DNA of 64,000 nucleotides. It comes from Lepidodermella squamata (taxonomy: Eukaryota; Animalia; Gastrotricha). Location: contig JBLDXI010000046.1 of NCBI GenBank assembly GCA_047495785.1, positions 124,001-188,000 on the forward strand, given 5' to 3'. The position numbers were made by a program, and so were the translations under genes. The notes under the pieces were generated by a model. The model was not told the DNA's origin. It did not search any database and saw only the letters and a list, made by a program, of their open reading frames with translations. Positions 1-11,196 of this stretch are shown in pieces (position 1 is the first letter of the stretch; the number at the start of each line of letters is the position of its first letter).

Positions 1-84
1 TAATGAAAATGCTTAGGTGTACCTAGAACTAGAAATTGAGTGCTTGACAAGTAATTGTATTGAGTCCTTCCATTCTTTTTCCAG

Positions 85-743
85 TTTCTCAAGCCGATGA
101 TTCTTTGGTTGGTTTCTGGCCACTTACCAGCCAGACCTATGTGAATGAAATCAGCCGCGGTTTGACTCCTTCGGCCATCTATTATCCTCTTTTGGACAAG
201 TATGCCGGCCCTTTCGGGGAGATAAACACAGCCTACACCGTCAGCAACCCCACCGGCCGCTTAGCAACCTATAATGATATTTCACTGCCAAGCCCAGACT
301 TCACAATTTCATTCTTCGTGAAAACAATTGATGAGCTTCAATTTACTATTTTGAGTTTTTACGAGAACTCGACTTCCTTCTTTCGCGTGGTTTTCCATCC
401 CCCAAATTTAATCGGCTTCCAAGGCATACCGACTGATACTAGATTCCCTGTTATGCTGAACGGCACCAACCATTGGAACTTCATTTCAATCGTCTACTCG
501 AGCTCTACGGGCTTTGTCGAAATGCATGGTGAAGATGGTTCGATGTTTCCGTTCGCGAAAGCCCTATTGCAGGTTCCTGCCTTGAATCCATCCACCTCCT
601 CCTTTTCAATGGGCGGTGATGCCTCAAGTCAATTTGACATGACAAACTTAGATTCGCTTGCATGTATTACTCTTCATTCAAAAGCTCTAGCTGATAACGA
701 AATCGCTCAATTGACGAGCAATTGTAAGGCTGTTCAGCCTTGA
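85..743 (+). CDS. Secreted ConA-like/LamG (pentraxin-like fold) protein, paralog 1; last exon only, signal-peptide exon presumably upstream of the window
   Basis: Acceptor ttttccAG at 83-84 in phase 1, as in paralog 2. Motifs LVGFWPL, GPFG, FTISFFVK, WNFISIVY and AC-x-x-LHSKAL-x3-EI are typical of Laminin_G_3-like domains. Confidence 0.7.
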
Positions 744-1240
744 AACTGATTTCTTGAATAATAATAAAAATGTTTAGGACTCTGAATGACAAGCTAATAA
801 ACATTCAACTACCCCTATTTCGTCTTCCAGAGGTATTAGGATCGTTGAGCTGGGGGTTACTGCAAGCAACCCCGAGCAGCGTAGTATGTACTTCGCTTCT
901 GATGTGTTCTTCGAACTGTATTCTCGGCCCCTTTATTGAGTCGTCAATTTTTATATCAATTTCTTTCAGAGCAGAAAAGGCGATAGGGCTAAAATTTTAA
1001 GATCAAGGCTCAAGGTCAAGTTTTGAAAGTGATTTCCGTAAATAATGATGAATCACCATTCGATTTGAACGCTAAGCAGAAAACTATAACCTAGATAACA
1101 ATCAAACGGAAGGTAGCAACTGGGCGATAAGGCAAAAAACAAGATACCCAGCAAGAAAAAAGCTTATCTATATATTATATTAGGTCTCCGCGGTATTCAG
1201 TACTTCGTACTTCTTACCTAAATCAACATAGAGCTCTAGG

Positions 1241-2140
1241 ATGGCTTCGGTTTTTTCCATTATTCTGGCTGTGTTTGCCTCCATTTCAGGTATGAATCGA
1301 ATTTGATGACAAAACTGGGCGAATAAAAGGTAGAGCAGTCATTCTAATGATTTATAAGCGATACGGGATGAGCGCATTTAAAATTCGTACTGGGATTTGA
1401 ACATTTTCGGTCGATTTGAAGTTGAAATATGAGAATAGAAATGATATCTTTAACGAACAACCGTTTTCCTTTCTTCAGTTTCTTTGGCCGATGATTCACT
1501 TGTTGGTTTCTGGCCACTAACCAGCCAGACGTACGTGAACGAGATCAGCCGCGGCCTAGCTCCAAGCAGCGTCTACCAGCCTTTGTTAGACACAAAACCA
1601 GGCCCGTTTGGCCAGCCAAACACCGCATACACTACGACTAGGGTTGTAACGCAGGGTCGTTTAGCAGGTTTTAATGACATCCAGTTGCCCACTCCTGATT
1701 TTACCTTCTCATTCTTCGTGCGAACAACTGACACGAATATATTTACGATTGCAAGTTTTTACGATGACGCCTCAGCACATCTACGGGTTGTTTACTACCC
1801 TCCAAATCTGATCTCGCTCGACGGATCACCGAAAACTGTCAGATTTCCGATTCTATCCAATACGACCGAATGGAATTTCATTTCCCTTGTCTACACTAAT
1901 TCCACCGGGTTCGTTGAGGCTTATGGCCAGGATGGGTCTATGTTTCCATTTGCGAAGTTGCGACTACAAATTCCGGCGATGGATCCATCTAAAACAGCAT
2001 TTTACATGGGCGGTGACATTGGCGACTCAGTTGACATGTCTAGTTCTAATTCGCTGGCTTGTGTCACGCTGCACTCGAAAGCTCTCGTTCCTAATGAAAT
2101 CGCTCAACTAACGAGTGCTTGCAAGGCGGTACAGCCTTAA
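1241..2140 (+). CDS. Secreted ConA-like/LamG protein, paralog 2 (exons 1241-1289, 1479-2140)
   Basis: Exon 1 encodes signal peptide MASVFSIILAVFASIS; a GT-AG phase-1 intron joins it in frame to the 1484 ORF. Clearly homologous to paralog 1 along its length. TATA-like run near 1167-1180. Confidence 0.75.
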
Positions 2141-2379
2141 ACAGCTAGAAATGATAAGCCAAAATAAAAAATAAAAATAAAAAATGAAAAAATAAAATGA
2201 GTAGCGGTGGGGATTTGATCGCCTGTTATGCGTTTCCCAGCAAAAATAAAGCTGTGTGCACACTCGTGAAAATTACATCGCGCAATTGCGCCCACGTGGC
2301 CAGTTTTTTGCACGCAATGAAGTGCTGCAATTTTTATTGCTAGGCCAGTCGCTTTTTGGACGAGAATTCTCACCACACC

Positions 2380-3033
2380 ATGCACTCACTTAGTGTTGCC
2401 CTGTTGCTAGTTACTGCCACTGGGCAATTGTTGGCTGACACAATGGGCAATAACACAGATATCGAGCTAATTCGACTGCGTCTCATGAGCCCTAAATTCG
2501 ATGCTACCAGCACTGGAATGGAGAATAATGGAAGCAAAGCCGAGATGGCCAAAGAAGCTGACCAGCAAAAAGGCGATGCTGCCAAATACGTCTCCTATTT
2601 CCTGTTCGCCGTTGTTGGAATCGGCGCTGTTTTCATCATCGGCGGATTTTTCTTCAACAGAACTCTGGATGGTGCGCTTGAATGCTGCGTTCGTCAGGTT
2701 AATCAACACCCACCAAACAATGAGGTGTTCTTCCTACCCAACATCAACCTACGTCATCAACGCAACATCCGGCGATTTCGATCTGAAGCCGGGCTATCCC
2801 GCCTGCCTATCCACAAAAAATCAGCGAAACAACACCGAATTTTGGTGCCTGTCAGACGTCAAGATGTTGTTGCTGAGGCCGAGCAGCCTTGTTCTCATGG
2901 AATTGCCTTATCGACAATTGTCGAAGCCACCGATTCTCGCTACATCAGTTCTTTCAGCGAATTATCAAGTGATGAATCTTCAATCTCAATGGTGTCCAAC
3001 CTCTACCGTGTTAAGACTTCAAGCTCGGTTTAG
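2380..3033 (+). CDS. Type I single-pass membrane protein of unknown function
   Basis: ATG 2380, signal peptide MHSLSVALLLVTATG, short ectodomain with N-x-S/T sites, TM YFLFAVVGIGAVFIIGGFFF, Ser-rich cytoplasmic tail. Confidence 0.65.
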   Translation: MHSLSVALLLVTATGQLLADTMGNNTDIELIRLRLMSPKFDATSTGMENNGSKAEMAKEADQQKGDAAKYVSYFLFAVVGIGAVFIIGGFFFNRTLDGALECCVRQVNQHPPNNEVFFLPNINLRHQRNIRRFRSEAGLSRLPIHKKSAKQHRILVPVRRQDVVAEAEQPCSHGIALSTIVEATDSRYISSFSELSSDESSISMVSNLYRVKTSSSV

Positions 3034-3100
3034 TGACAAAAACACTGCGTTATTCTGCCATAATAGATCTATTGTTCATCCATTTTCATTGTATTTTTTT

Positions 3101-3454
3101 TTAGAATTTAAAGTAATGATAGGCCTCGACGTAGCAGATGCGCATGACTGTTGGAATGGCTCGAGCTTCCGGTCCACCGTATCGATCCAGGCACTTCTCC
3201 AGCCTGCGGGAGCGATTCGAGTTGAAAACCTTCTCATACAACCTTGTTAGAGTTTCTCGGATTCCAAGGTAAGAAATTCGCATGGCTGAAAAAATTGTAG
3301 CTTTAATGATTTTTCAAAAAATGTATAATCTATTAGAAAAATTAAATAGACTTTTCTGTTTACCGTTATTTTTCTGATTCTCCTGGTCCATTGCTAGGCT
3401 GGCGGCATTCGAGACGAGACAGCAAAAAATCACCAAAATAATTGGGGGAAACAT
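3101..3454 (-). CDS. Small secreted prepropeptide, 91 aa (exons 3454-3364, 3285-3101), C-x18-C family member A
   Basis: Manual splice gives MFPPIILVIFCCLVSNAASLAMDQENQKNN-A-MRISYLGIRETLTRLYEKVFNSNRSRRLEKCLDRYGGPEARAIPTVMRICYVEAYHYFKF. Canonical 78-nt phase-1 intron, signal peptide, RSRR site, homolog at 49068-49496. Confidence 0.8.
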
Positions 3455-3650
3455 TTTCAAGCAGTGAATCAAAATAGTCGCTTCCTGTTTTGACCCATGA
3501 GTAATGTTGATATTTTCGCATCGTAATCTCGCTCTCAGCTTATCAGTAGCAACTCATTTGAGGGCAATTTATCTTTTTTTACCCCCCACATTACCTTAGC
3601 ACAGTGCTAATTACTGTCGGGAAAAATACTTCGGCTAGACGCAGTCAATC

Positions 3651-4355
3651 ATGTTGCTTGTAAAATTTGTTGTCTTAATGTCTCTTTCAATCGATTTATC
3701 TCAATGCGTGGGTAATTTGATCGCGTTCTGGCCTCTAAACAAGGCATACAAGCTGCAGGAAGTTTCCTGGGACAAGCCTACATCTGGCTTACACAATCCG
3801 TTGCTCAACTCAGAAACTAATGGACCATTTGGAAAACCTGATACGTCTTACACTGTAACTTGCGCTGGTTGCACTATGGCGCACTATCCCGTCGGGTTTC
3901 CTGAAACATTTACCATCTCGTTCTATTTGAGAACTTCTTGCCAGAAAGAGGCAACGTTTATTGGTTTCAAAGACAAGGAAAACAAAGTTGAAATTGGATG
4001 TGTGCCTCCGAATTTGCTGGAAATCACAGGCTCAGCAAATGGAAAAATCGTTCGCTTCCCGGTTATTCAAACGGATACGATGCAGTTTTTGGCTATTACC
4101 TACGATGAGGATTCGTATTTAGCGGTTCATGATTCAACGGGTGAAATAATCAAATTCGCAGCCGCGTCCAATGTTCAATTACCACTGTTTAATAACACTG
4201 TGACCGATGTAGAATCGTTTAGCCTAGGAGGTATTGACAGTATGATGCAAATGACTGACGCGATAGCTTGCGTTATGATCTACGACAAAGTGCTTAGCAA
4301 CGATGATATTGCCGAGTTACCCCGAGCCTGCCAAAAAGTGCAGCCCAGGTCTTGA
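3651..4355 (+). CDS. Secreted ConA-like/LamG protein, paralog 3 (single exon, more divergent)
   Basis: Signal peptide; LIAFWPL, GPFG, FTISFYLR and ACVMIYDKVLSNDDI shared with paralogs 1 and 2; ends CQKVQP versus CKAVQP; AATAAA directly after the stop. Confidence 0.75.
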   Translation: MLLVKFVVLMSLSIDLSQCVGNLIAFWPLNKAYKLQEVSWDKPTSGLHNPLLNSETNGPFGKPDTSYTVTCAGCTMAHYPVGFPETFTISFYLRTSCQKEATFIGFKDKENKVEIGCVPPNLLEITGSANGKIVRFPVIQTDTMQFLAITYDEDSYLAVHDSTGEIIKFAAASNVQLPLFNNTVTDVESFSLGGIDSMMQMTDAIACVMIYDKVLSNDDIAELPRACQKVQPRS

Positions 4356-5065
4356 AATAAAGCGATATTTTGAAGAAGAATTCCGATTTTTCGAACAGTC
4401 CCCTAAAATTCTAGAATTTTTATATTAATTACATGGTACCCTCGGCTATAGGGAACGATTTTCTACTCGCAAATTCTGATTCAAGGGAGACATGAAACCC
4501 GGAAAACCGTTTTTAGGGAAATCTAGCGCGAACCTCAAATTTAGTGCTGGGGCCCTAGAATTTCGAGTGTCCACTTGTCAAATCCATCCTAATTCTTCAT
4601 CAATGAAAGACGTAGCTGTTGAAATGCTGATTACAACTGATGCCTGATTGTCCTAACGATAAGATAGCTTGTCTAGTTATAGCTCAGACGGAGATACGTG
4701 ACACATAGGCTTGTCTTTTTGCATAATTGTAATTTAGGTAGTGTCGTGATGTGTATGACTTACTTTTTAGGGTTATTATTGCTACTATAATAAAGGAATT
4801 AATGTAATTGCGATATACGAGCCAGCATATGCAACAACAGCATGCTTCTCGCATAAATTATACGCACGTTTGAGCATATGTATGTAGCACGTTCCTCATC
4901 GATCGCCTAATAATCTGAGCCATTTCCTTTTAAAAATATTCATGTTTGCATGTAAATGCTTGCCGTAGTAGCAAGAAGTCACTGCAGAAAATCAAAGCTA
5001 AAGCTGGCTTTGATTTTTCGATACTAACGCCGATTTTCACGCGTTTTTTTGAATAGGGTTTAAAA

Positions 5066-5275
5066 ATGGACATGTTTCCTTCCCTCGACGTCGCGATGGT
5101 GCTATTATTCAATGCAGCCCTTTATGTCGGCTACGGCCTCTACCTATCAGTAATCCTATATCGACGGCTTAGTAAAGTTAGTCGGCTTGAAAGGACGGCA
5201 GCTCGTGAGGTTGACGGACGGTTATCGGAAATACCATACAGCAGTATAAGTGATCACATGGATCAAATAGCGTAA
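5066..5275 (+). CDS. Single-pass membrane microprotein A (69 aa)
   Basis: aaaaATG context, one TM followed by basic residues; shares FN-x-A-x3-GYG-x-YL with the ORF at 6955. Confidence 0.6.
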   Translation: MDMFPSLDVAMVLLFNAALYVGYGLYLSVILYRRLSKVSRLERTAAREVDGRLSEIPYSSISDHMDQIA

Positions 5276-5374
5276 TTTAACAATTTATGTTGTGCCTTTT
5301 ACTCGATGCTTTCTACCATGACAAAAGTATCTACCTTTCAGATTTTTTTATATTAAAAATAAAATCAACAAATT

Positions 5375-6057
5375 TCATGGAATTATCCGAGTGTGGAAAG
5401 ATAGTGTGAAACGAATAGCACAGACCGATTTATCAGTGATTAGAGATCCTCCCGTAGCACAGACCATTCCGTTTTCTCGACATTGGCTGCTGCTAGTACA
5501 TGAGCAGTACATACCCTTCTTTAACCCACAAAAACCTGGCTGATCCGCTTTTTTTCCTGTCCGCAAGCAGCAAATACCCCGACCGCAGTCGCCATCGCTC
5601 ATACAAACTGTCCTAAAAAATTATAAAAATTAAGGTGGATTTCTTTAATTTTTTTCCATCTTACCTGCAGCATTTTGAGGCAGGGGGTCTACAAATCGTT
5701 CCGGCGTAAGCCACGTTTTGGCAGCACCAATCATCAGGGCAGTCAGCATCCCGTTTGCAGGCGATATCTTCCGGGCAAGCTTGATTGCCGTCCTGATAGC
5801 CGAACCGGCACTGGCCATCGCCACAGCATCTGCCCTTTAGAATCGTTTGCGGGACGTGGCACTGCTTGTTCAATGGGCCCATCATCGATAGAGTACTATT
5901 CGGGTTTGAGGAGCAGCTGTTTTAAGATTGAATAATATTGCATTAAATTAAAATGGAGAGGGTGAATTTACTTTACAACTGGAAGATCCACCTGAAGAGA
6001 TCCTTGGAAAATTTGCGCTATAGTCAGCAGAACGAAAATGTCAAGTTTCCGAGGCAT
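5375..6057 (-). CDS. Secreted cysteine-rich protein with colipase/Dickkopf/prokineticin-like repeats (exons 6057-5972, 5916-5665, 5612-5375)
   Basis: Two phase-2 GT-AG introns join a hydrophobic N-terminal exon (MPRKLDIFVLLTIAQIFQG) to the two Cys-rich ORFs; repeats CKRDADCPDDWCC and CMSDGDCGRGICC (C-x5-C-x4-CC). Confidence 0.75.
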
Positions 6058-6954
6058 TTCTCTTTGTTAATTCAATGAGATTAGCGAGAAATTTCGCCAT
6101 GAGTCAGGGGTTTAAAGGTTTTCGTGAAAAAAACGTCAGAAAGAGTGGGCTGAGTAACCTGCTTGAATGAGTGCATATTGCTTTTGGTTGCTGTTGTAGT
6201 TTACGCTGCATACAAATGAAGCGATGCCATATTAACATCAAGTGACCTACACGCTAATAGCTGGCTCGTTTTTTGATCCACTGTAAGCGAGATTTGTATG
6301 CGTTTTGGCAATTGTTTACTCAACACATTAGCTGGCCCTCCGCGTATAATTACAATTGAATAGCGGATCAGCTTTTAATGTTTGATGTCAAATGGCTCCA
6401 GCGCTTAGATCCTGGTTCCTTCAGTTATTTTACGATGAAATATTGACAGAGGATTTCTTCGTCCCTTGAGACCGGATATTATCATCTCTTATTCCTCCAA
6501 ATTCTCGAACTACCTGCTACCAACTTTGATTTTTCCATCATGATTTATCTAGTGGTTCTCGATTTTTGATATTTTTGAGCTATTTTACTTATAAGAATTT
6601 TTTTTCTGATTTGTGCATCCTCTTCCTCCCTAAATCATTTGAATTCCCCAAATATTTCATAACAAAATTCGCTCTCACTTAGGACAAGGAAACAGCTTTT
6701 TGAGTTACGTACAGTGGATACCCTCGTGATTCGTGATTAAGCAAAGTTCATGGGGCAGAGTCCGCTCAGTCACGTGGAAGAAAAATGTTGCATAAATAGT
6801 TTCTTACTTCATCCAGACGGCTAATTTCTATCATGTTTAGCATTTCGCAGCTTAGCACCTCGAAACTGAATTTGGATTTGATTGCTTGTTTTTCGTTAGG
6901 AAAGTTTATCATGTTTTCTTAAGGCTATTTATCGATTCATGCCATGGTTCGGTG

Positions 6955-7158
6955 ATGCTTCAGCCGTACGAGATTGCTGTCATTTTCGTCATTGCTTTCA
7001 ACGTGGCGTTTTCGCTGGGCTACGGCACCTACCTCGGCATTTCGTTCTATTTCTCGCTGCGAAGAGACAATATGACTCGGAAAAAGCTGGCTCAAAAACT
7101 CGCCGTCATGGAGAAAACAGATCGCGCGAACACTTTGAGCACTATCAGAACTATATAG
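6955..7158 (+). CDS. Single-pass membrane microprotein B (67 aa)
   Basis: ATG 6955, MLQPYEIAVIFVIAFNVAFSLGYGTYLGISFYFSLRR; same motif and topology as microprotein A. Confidence 0.6.
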   Translation: MLQPYEIAVIFVIAFNVAFSLGYGTYLGISFYFSLRRDNMTRKKLAQKLAVMEKTDRANTLSTIRTI

Positions 7159-7247
7159 TCCAAAAATCTAATATAGCTTTCCCCTGTAATATAATTATCT
7201 GCTCAATGCTTTCTCCGATTTTTCAATTCGAGTAAAAATTAAGTAAT

Positions 7248-8329
7248 TTATTCGACGGACTTGATTATATGAGGAGTTTTTCGGTTCTGGTTCACATAAT
7301 TCCCGATTGACATGTATTTCAGCGAATCATGCCTTTTCCACCAGTTCTGGCCAAAATATTTCCTGAACCCCTTCTCGTGCAGTTTTTCAATCATAGTATT
7401 ACCATACTTCTCAAGCCGGTCCAAGTCATGGTTGAACGCTTCATCGCTTATCATATGCCATTCGACCAATAGATAACCGACGTAGTCGAGAGCTCCATCG
7501 CTTAACGCCCTAGTTAGCGACACCCATTCATCCCCTTCAACGTCCATCTTTACAACAGTTACATAGCTATGGTTGAGCATTTTCATGATTTCAGCCAGTG
7601 AATATGTATCCGGTTTACGATTTCCCTCCTCCTCGCCTGTAATGCCGTAGTGGTGGAATCGGACCCCGTTCGGCCGCACGGCTACGTCATTCATTGTCAT
7701 GTCAAAGGAATGGACGGTGCAACCGCGGAGAGCCATATCGTCGTCGAAGGCATAGTCATAATTCACCCTATAAAAAACTTGGGAATTACAACGAAAAATC
7801 GAGGAATTTAAAAAAAATACCCGAAGGAATAGACAATGCAAGGTTCGTCCTTAGGAAATTGGTCCATGCACACTTGATAAGTTTTGTGAGCTCTAGGCTC
7901 ATCAATTCCCATAGGTTGTAAAAACGAGCATGTGATATCTTCTTTCCTAGTAACTTTTCTGTAAATTTTAGACTATGAAAAATACAGTGGCTGTGATTGC
8001 TTCAAAATTTACCCAACTAGGCTGAAATATCGCTCAAGGTAGAGAGGCGAGTTTGAGAATGGATTAAACTTCCTTGACTCGTCACACGTATCAAAGCTGG
8101 AATATCAAGGAAAAATGAGGAAATTATATGAGTTATCGACATTTTTTGCTTACCATTTCGGATTTGGTGTTGTGGTTGGGGTTGGGGTCTCGATTGGCAC
8201 ATCCTGCTTAACTCTTTGATGGGGCTTGCCCTTGATGATCAGAATGAGAGATATGACTAATATGAAGACAGATCCAACCGCCACTCCCACTGTTTTCGGG
8301 TATATTCTGAACTGGCCTACTATCAACAT
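7248..8329 (-). CDS. METTL24-like (Methyltransf_22/FkbM-related) type II membrane methyltransferase, copy 1, 4 exons
   Basis: N-terminal TM (VGVAVGSVFILVISLILII), stem PKCFDTCD, then VYSFG-VNYDYAFDDDM..GCTVHSFD and KMDVEGDEW; intron positions identical in all four copies. Confidence 0.8.
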
Positions 8330-8457
8330 TTCCGAGTCTTATTTCGCAAGTGTGAGCATGAAAAGACTGCCTTCCTACACCAATCCTCAAATTCATTAAT
8401 TTATAAGGGAATAGGATTAGTTCTGAGATTTATTTTTAAACTTCAAATGCATAGATA

Positions 8458-9659
8458 CTACATCACCAATTCAGGTTTAGGCATTGTTCTATTTAGATTA
8501 GTATAGCCTGCTATAGTCAGGTATAACAATTGATCGAGTCTTCGCCACCAGTTTTCGACGTAAAATTTACGAAATCCTCGCATTTTCAAATTATCGACCA
8601 GTGAATTGCCGTACTTCTCCAATCGCAGCAAATCATGATTGAACGGATTGTCACTAATCGCGTGCCATTCGATCAGCAAATAGCCAACGGTGTCTAAAAC
8701 TTTATCGTCTAAGGCCCGGGTTAACGATACCCATTCATCGCGTTCGATGTCCATTTTCAGGACAGTTATGTAGCTATGATTGAGCATTTTCATTATCTCA
8801 GCCAAGGTTTTCGTGTTAGGCTTCCGATTCGTCTCATCTTCGCCTGTGATTCCCAGGGGCAAGAAGTTCAAATTCGGCTTCAGGGAGGTATTGAATTCAT
8901 CCATCGACATGTCAAAAGAGAAAACCGTGCAATTACGTGCTGCCATTTCGTCGTCAAAAGAGAAGTCGTAATTAATTCTAAAACAAGCGGAAATTATTCA
9001 AATTAACTGTTAATCGCAAGAGTACCCGAATGAGTAAACAATGCAAGCCTCATCCTTGGGGAAATTGTCCACACAAATGTGATAGGTCCTGTGGCCGTGC
9101 AGTTCATTTTCCCCTCGAGGTTCCAGATTTGAGCAGTTCATTTCCGGCGATTCATTTACCACTCTAGTCAACACAGGTAAACATAGGTGAGTTTGATCAA
9201 GGATAAAAGATGAGTGGGGCCAGAATTGGGAGCAATGTGAATCCGATAACCGGTAACAAAACAAAACTTCTCTAAATTTGATTGCAAAGTAGTAAAATCC
9301 CCGCGCGCCGTTGGTTCAAGCGTCTGAATTTTTTAGCAGAACATACTTTACAAGTCGAAAGAAGCGTTCAAGATAAGCGGCCGAGACTGGGGTAGGATTG
9401 ACTCGTCTCGTGAAGTCACAGGTATCGAGGCTATTGAAAAACGGTTATCAGACACGGAGATAAAACAAATGAAAACTGTTACGAACCAATTCGGATCTCT
9501 TCGTGGCTGAAAATCGCTCGCAGTACTTAGTTCGTGTCTAGTTTTAGCAGCGACAATCACCAGCCACGTGATCAGTGTCAAAATCAAGGCAGCGATAACT
9601 AAGATCTTGCATTCACCGGTGTTTGTTTGCGTTGGCGTCAACAACGCATATTTTGTCAT
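8458..9659 (-). CDS. METTL24-like methyltransferase, copy 2, 4 exons
   Basis: TM ILVIAALILTLITWLVIVAA, PNCLDTCD, ICVD..CIVYSFG, NCTVFSFD, KMDIERDEW. Confidence 0.8.
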
Positions 9660-10113
9660 TCACAAAACTGCATTGAATGGCGGGTTTCTAAGCCGCGGCG
9701 TCGCCAAAAATACAAGCGGAGGTTTAAAAACGCGTGGCTGTTAATTCCTTTGTCTTTAATCTCAAACAAAGAAAATTACGCTATTCAATTAACGCCAGCT
9801 ATCATTAAGATGAAAGCTAGAGGCTAGAGCGTTATGCTTTCGTAATAACACATGCTACTTTCCGATGATGCGGCCGTGAGGTATATATGTAATGCCGCAC
9901 AGAATGTCCATTATTCTGGGTTACTGTCGCGATATTTCATGATAATTCGCTTTACGATTGCAGGAAACGGGAAAGACATGTTACCATAAGTCACGTGACC
10001 GCAAATCTCGCCGAGTGCCTTTTGAAACCGTCTGTTTGTTAGCCACCTTGAGTAAAATCCACCAAATTATCGGAAGCCTCACATTTTCACTCGGAACCGG
10101 CTCAGTGAACTTT

Positions 10114-11196
10114 TTATTGTTTCAGCCATTTTCTATTTCGATTAACGTAGCCTGCGATTGTCATATATTGCATCTGATCATGCCGCGCGTACCAGTTTTC
10201 GATGTAGTACTTCCGGTAACCTAACTTCCATAGGCCATCAACCAAACCATTGCCGTATCTCTCCAGCCTATCTGAATTATACTGAAACGGATCACGGCCG
10301 AATAAGTGCCATTCGATGGAGAGGAACCCAACATTTTGCATAACCCCGTCATCCATGGCCTTCCGTAACGAAACCCATTCGTCCTGTTCAACGTCGAGTT
10401 TTAGCACGGTTAAGTAGTTATGGTTTAGCATTTTCATGATTTCAGCTAGGGTTTTGGTGTTGTTTTTGCGATTTGGTTCGTCTTCGCCCGTAATTCCTAG
10501 CTGGAAGAACCGAACGCTGTTATTCCTTATCGGTTCAGAATTCATTGTCATATCGAACGAGAAAACTGAGCAACCACGAGAAGCCATGTCGTCATCGAAT
10601 GTGAAGTCGTAATTTATCCTAAAATTAACCGATTTCAACATTTAAAAGGTCTGGTATTTAATAGCCTACCCAAACGAGTAGACGATACAAGGCTCAGTCT
10701 CCGGGAAGAAATCCATGCAGATGTGATAAGTCTTGTGGCCATTAGTTTCATCCTTCCCAAAGGCTTTTGACATTGAGCAATTTATATCTGGCGGGTCATT
10801 TATCTTCCTGAGAAAGACTTTAGAACTTAGATTATCAGGGTAGGAAACAAGAAACGTACCTAACAAGGTGAAAGAATTTCTCTAGAAATACGAAGGATCC
10901 TGGTATAGGATTGATCCTTATCGATGAATCGCAGGAGTCAAAACTAGGATTAAATTATTTGAAACCTAATTTTACGTACCTAATTATACATACCATGCTG
11001 GGTTCCGTTTGGCTGGCGACATGACGTTTAGCATTTCTATTGGTATTCTGCAGCTTGGTCTAGGCCTCAGCATCATGATGGTAATGATAATTATTATAGA
11101 CAATACTACGATGCCTTTAAATTTCGATTCTAGTTGCTGATAATATGGGACCAGCCGTTGAATCGGGTATTTTACCAATTGTATGTAGTTTGTCAT
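10114..11196 (-). CDS. METTL24-like methyltransferase, copy 3, 4 exons (start could also be 11283)
   Basis: TM GIVVLSIIIIITIMML, PACFDSCD, CIVYSFG, GCSVFSFD, KLDVEQDEW. Confidence 0.8.

Noticed and set aside
850-890. GC hairpin GGGGTT-N9-AACCCC as a Helitron 3-prime end or terminator
   Set aside because: No CTRR terminus or matching 5-prime end was found, and intrinsic terminators do not apply to this genome.
2501-3250. 249-aa alternative-frame ORF
   Set aside because: Overlaps the better supported membrane-protein gene and the antisense peptide gene; no recognisable features.
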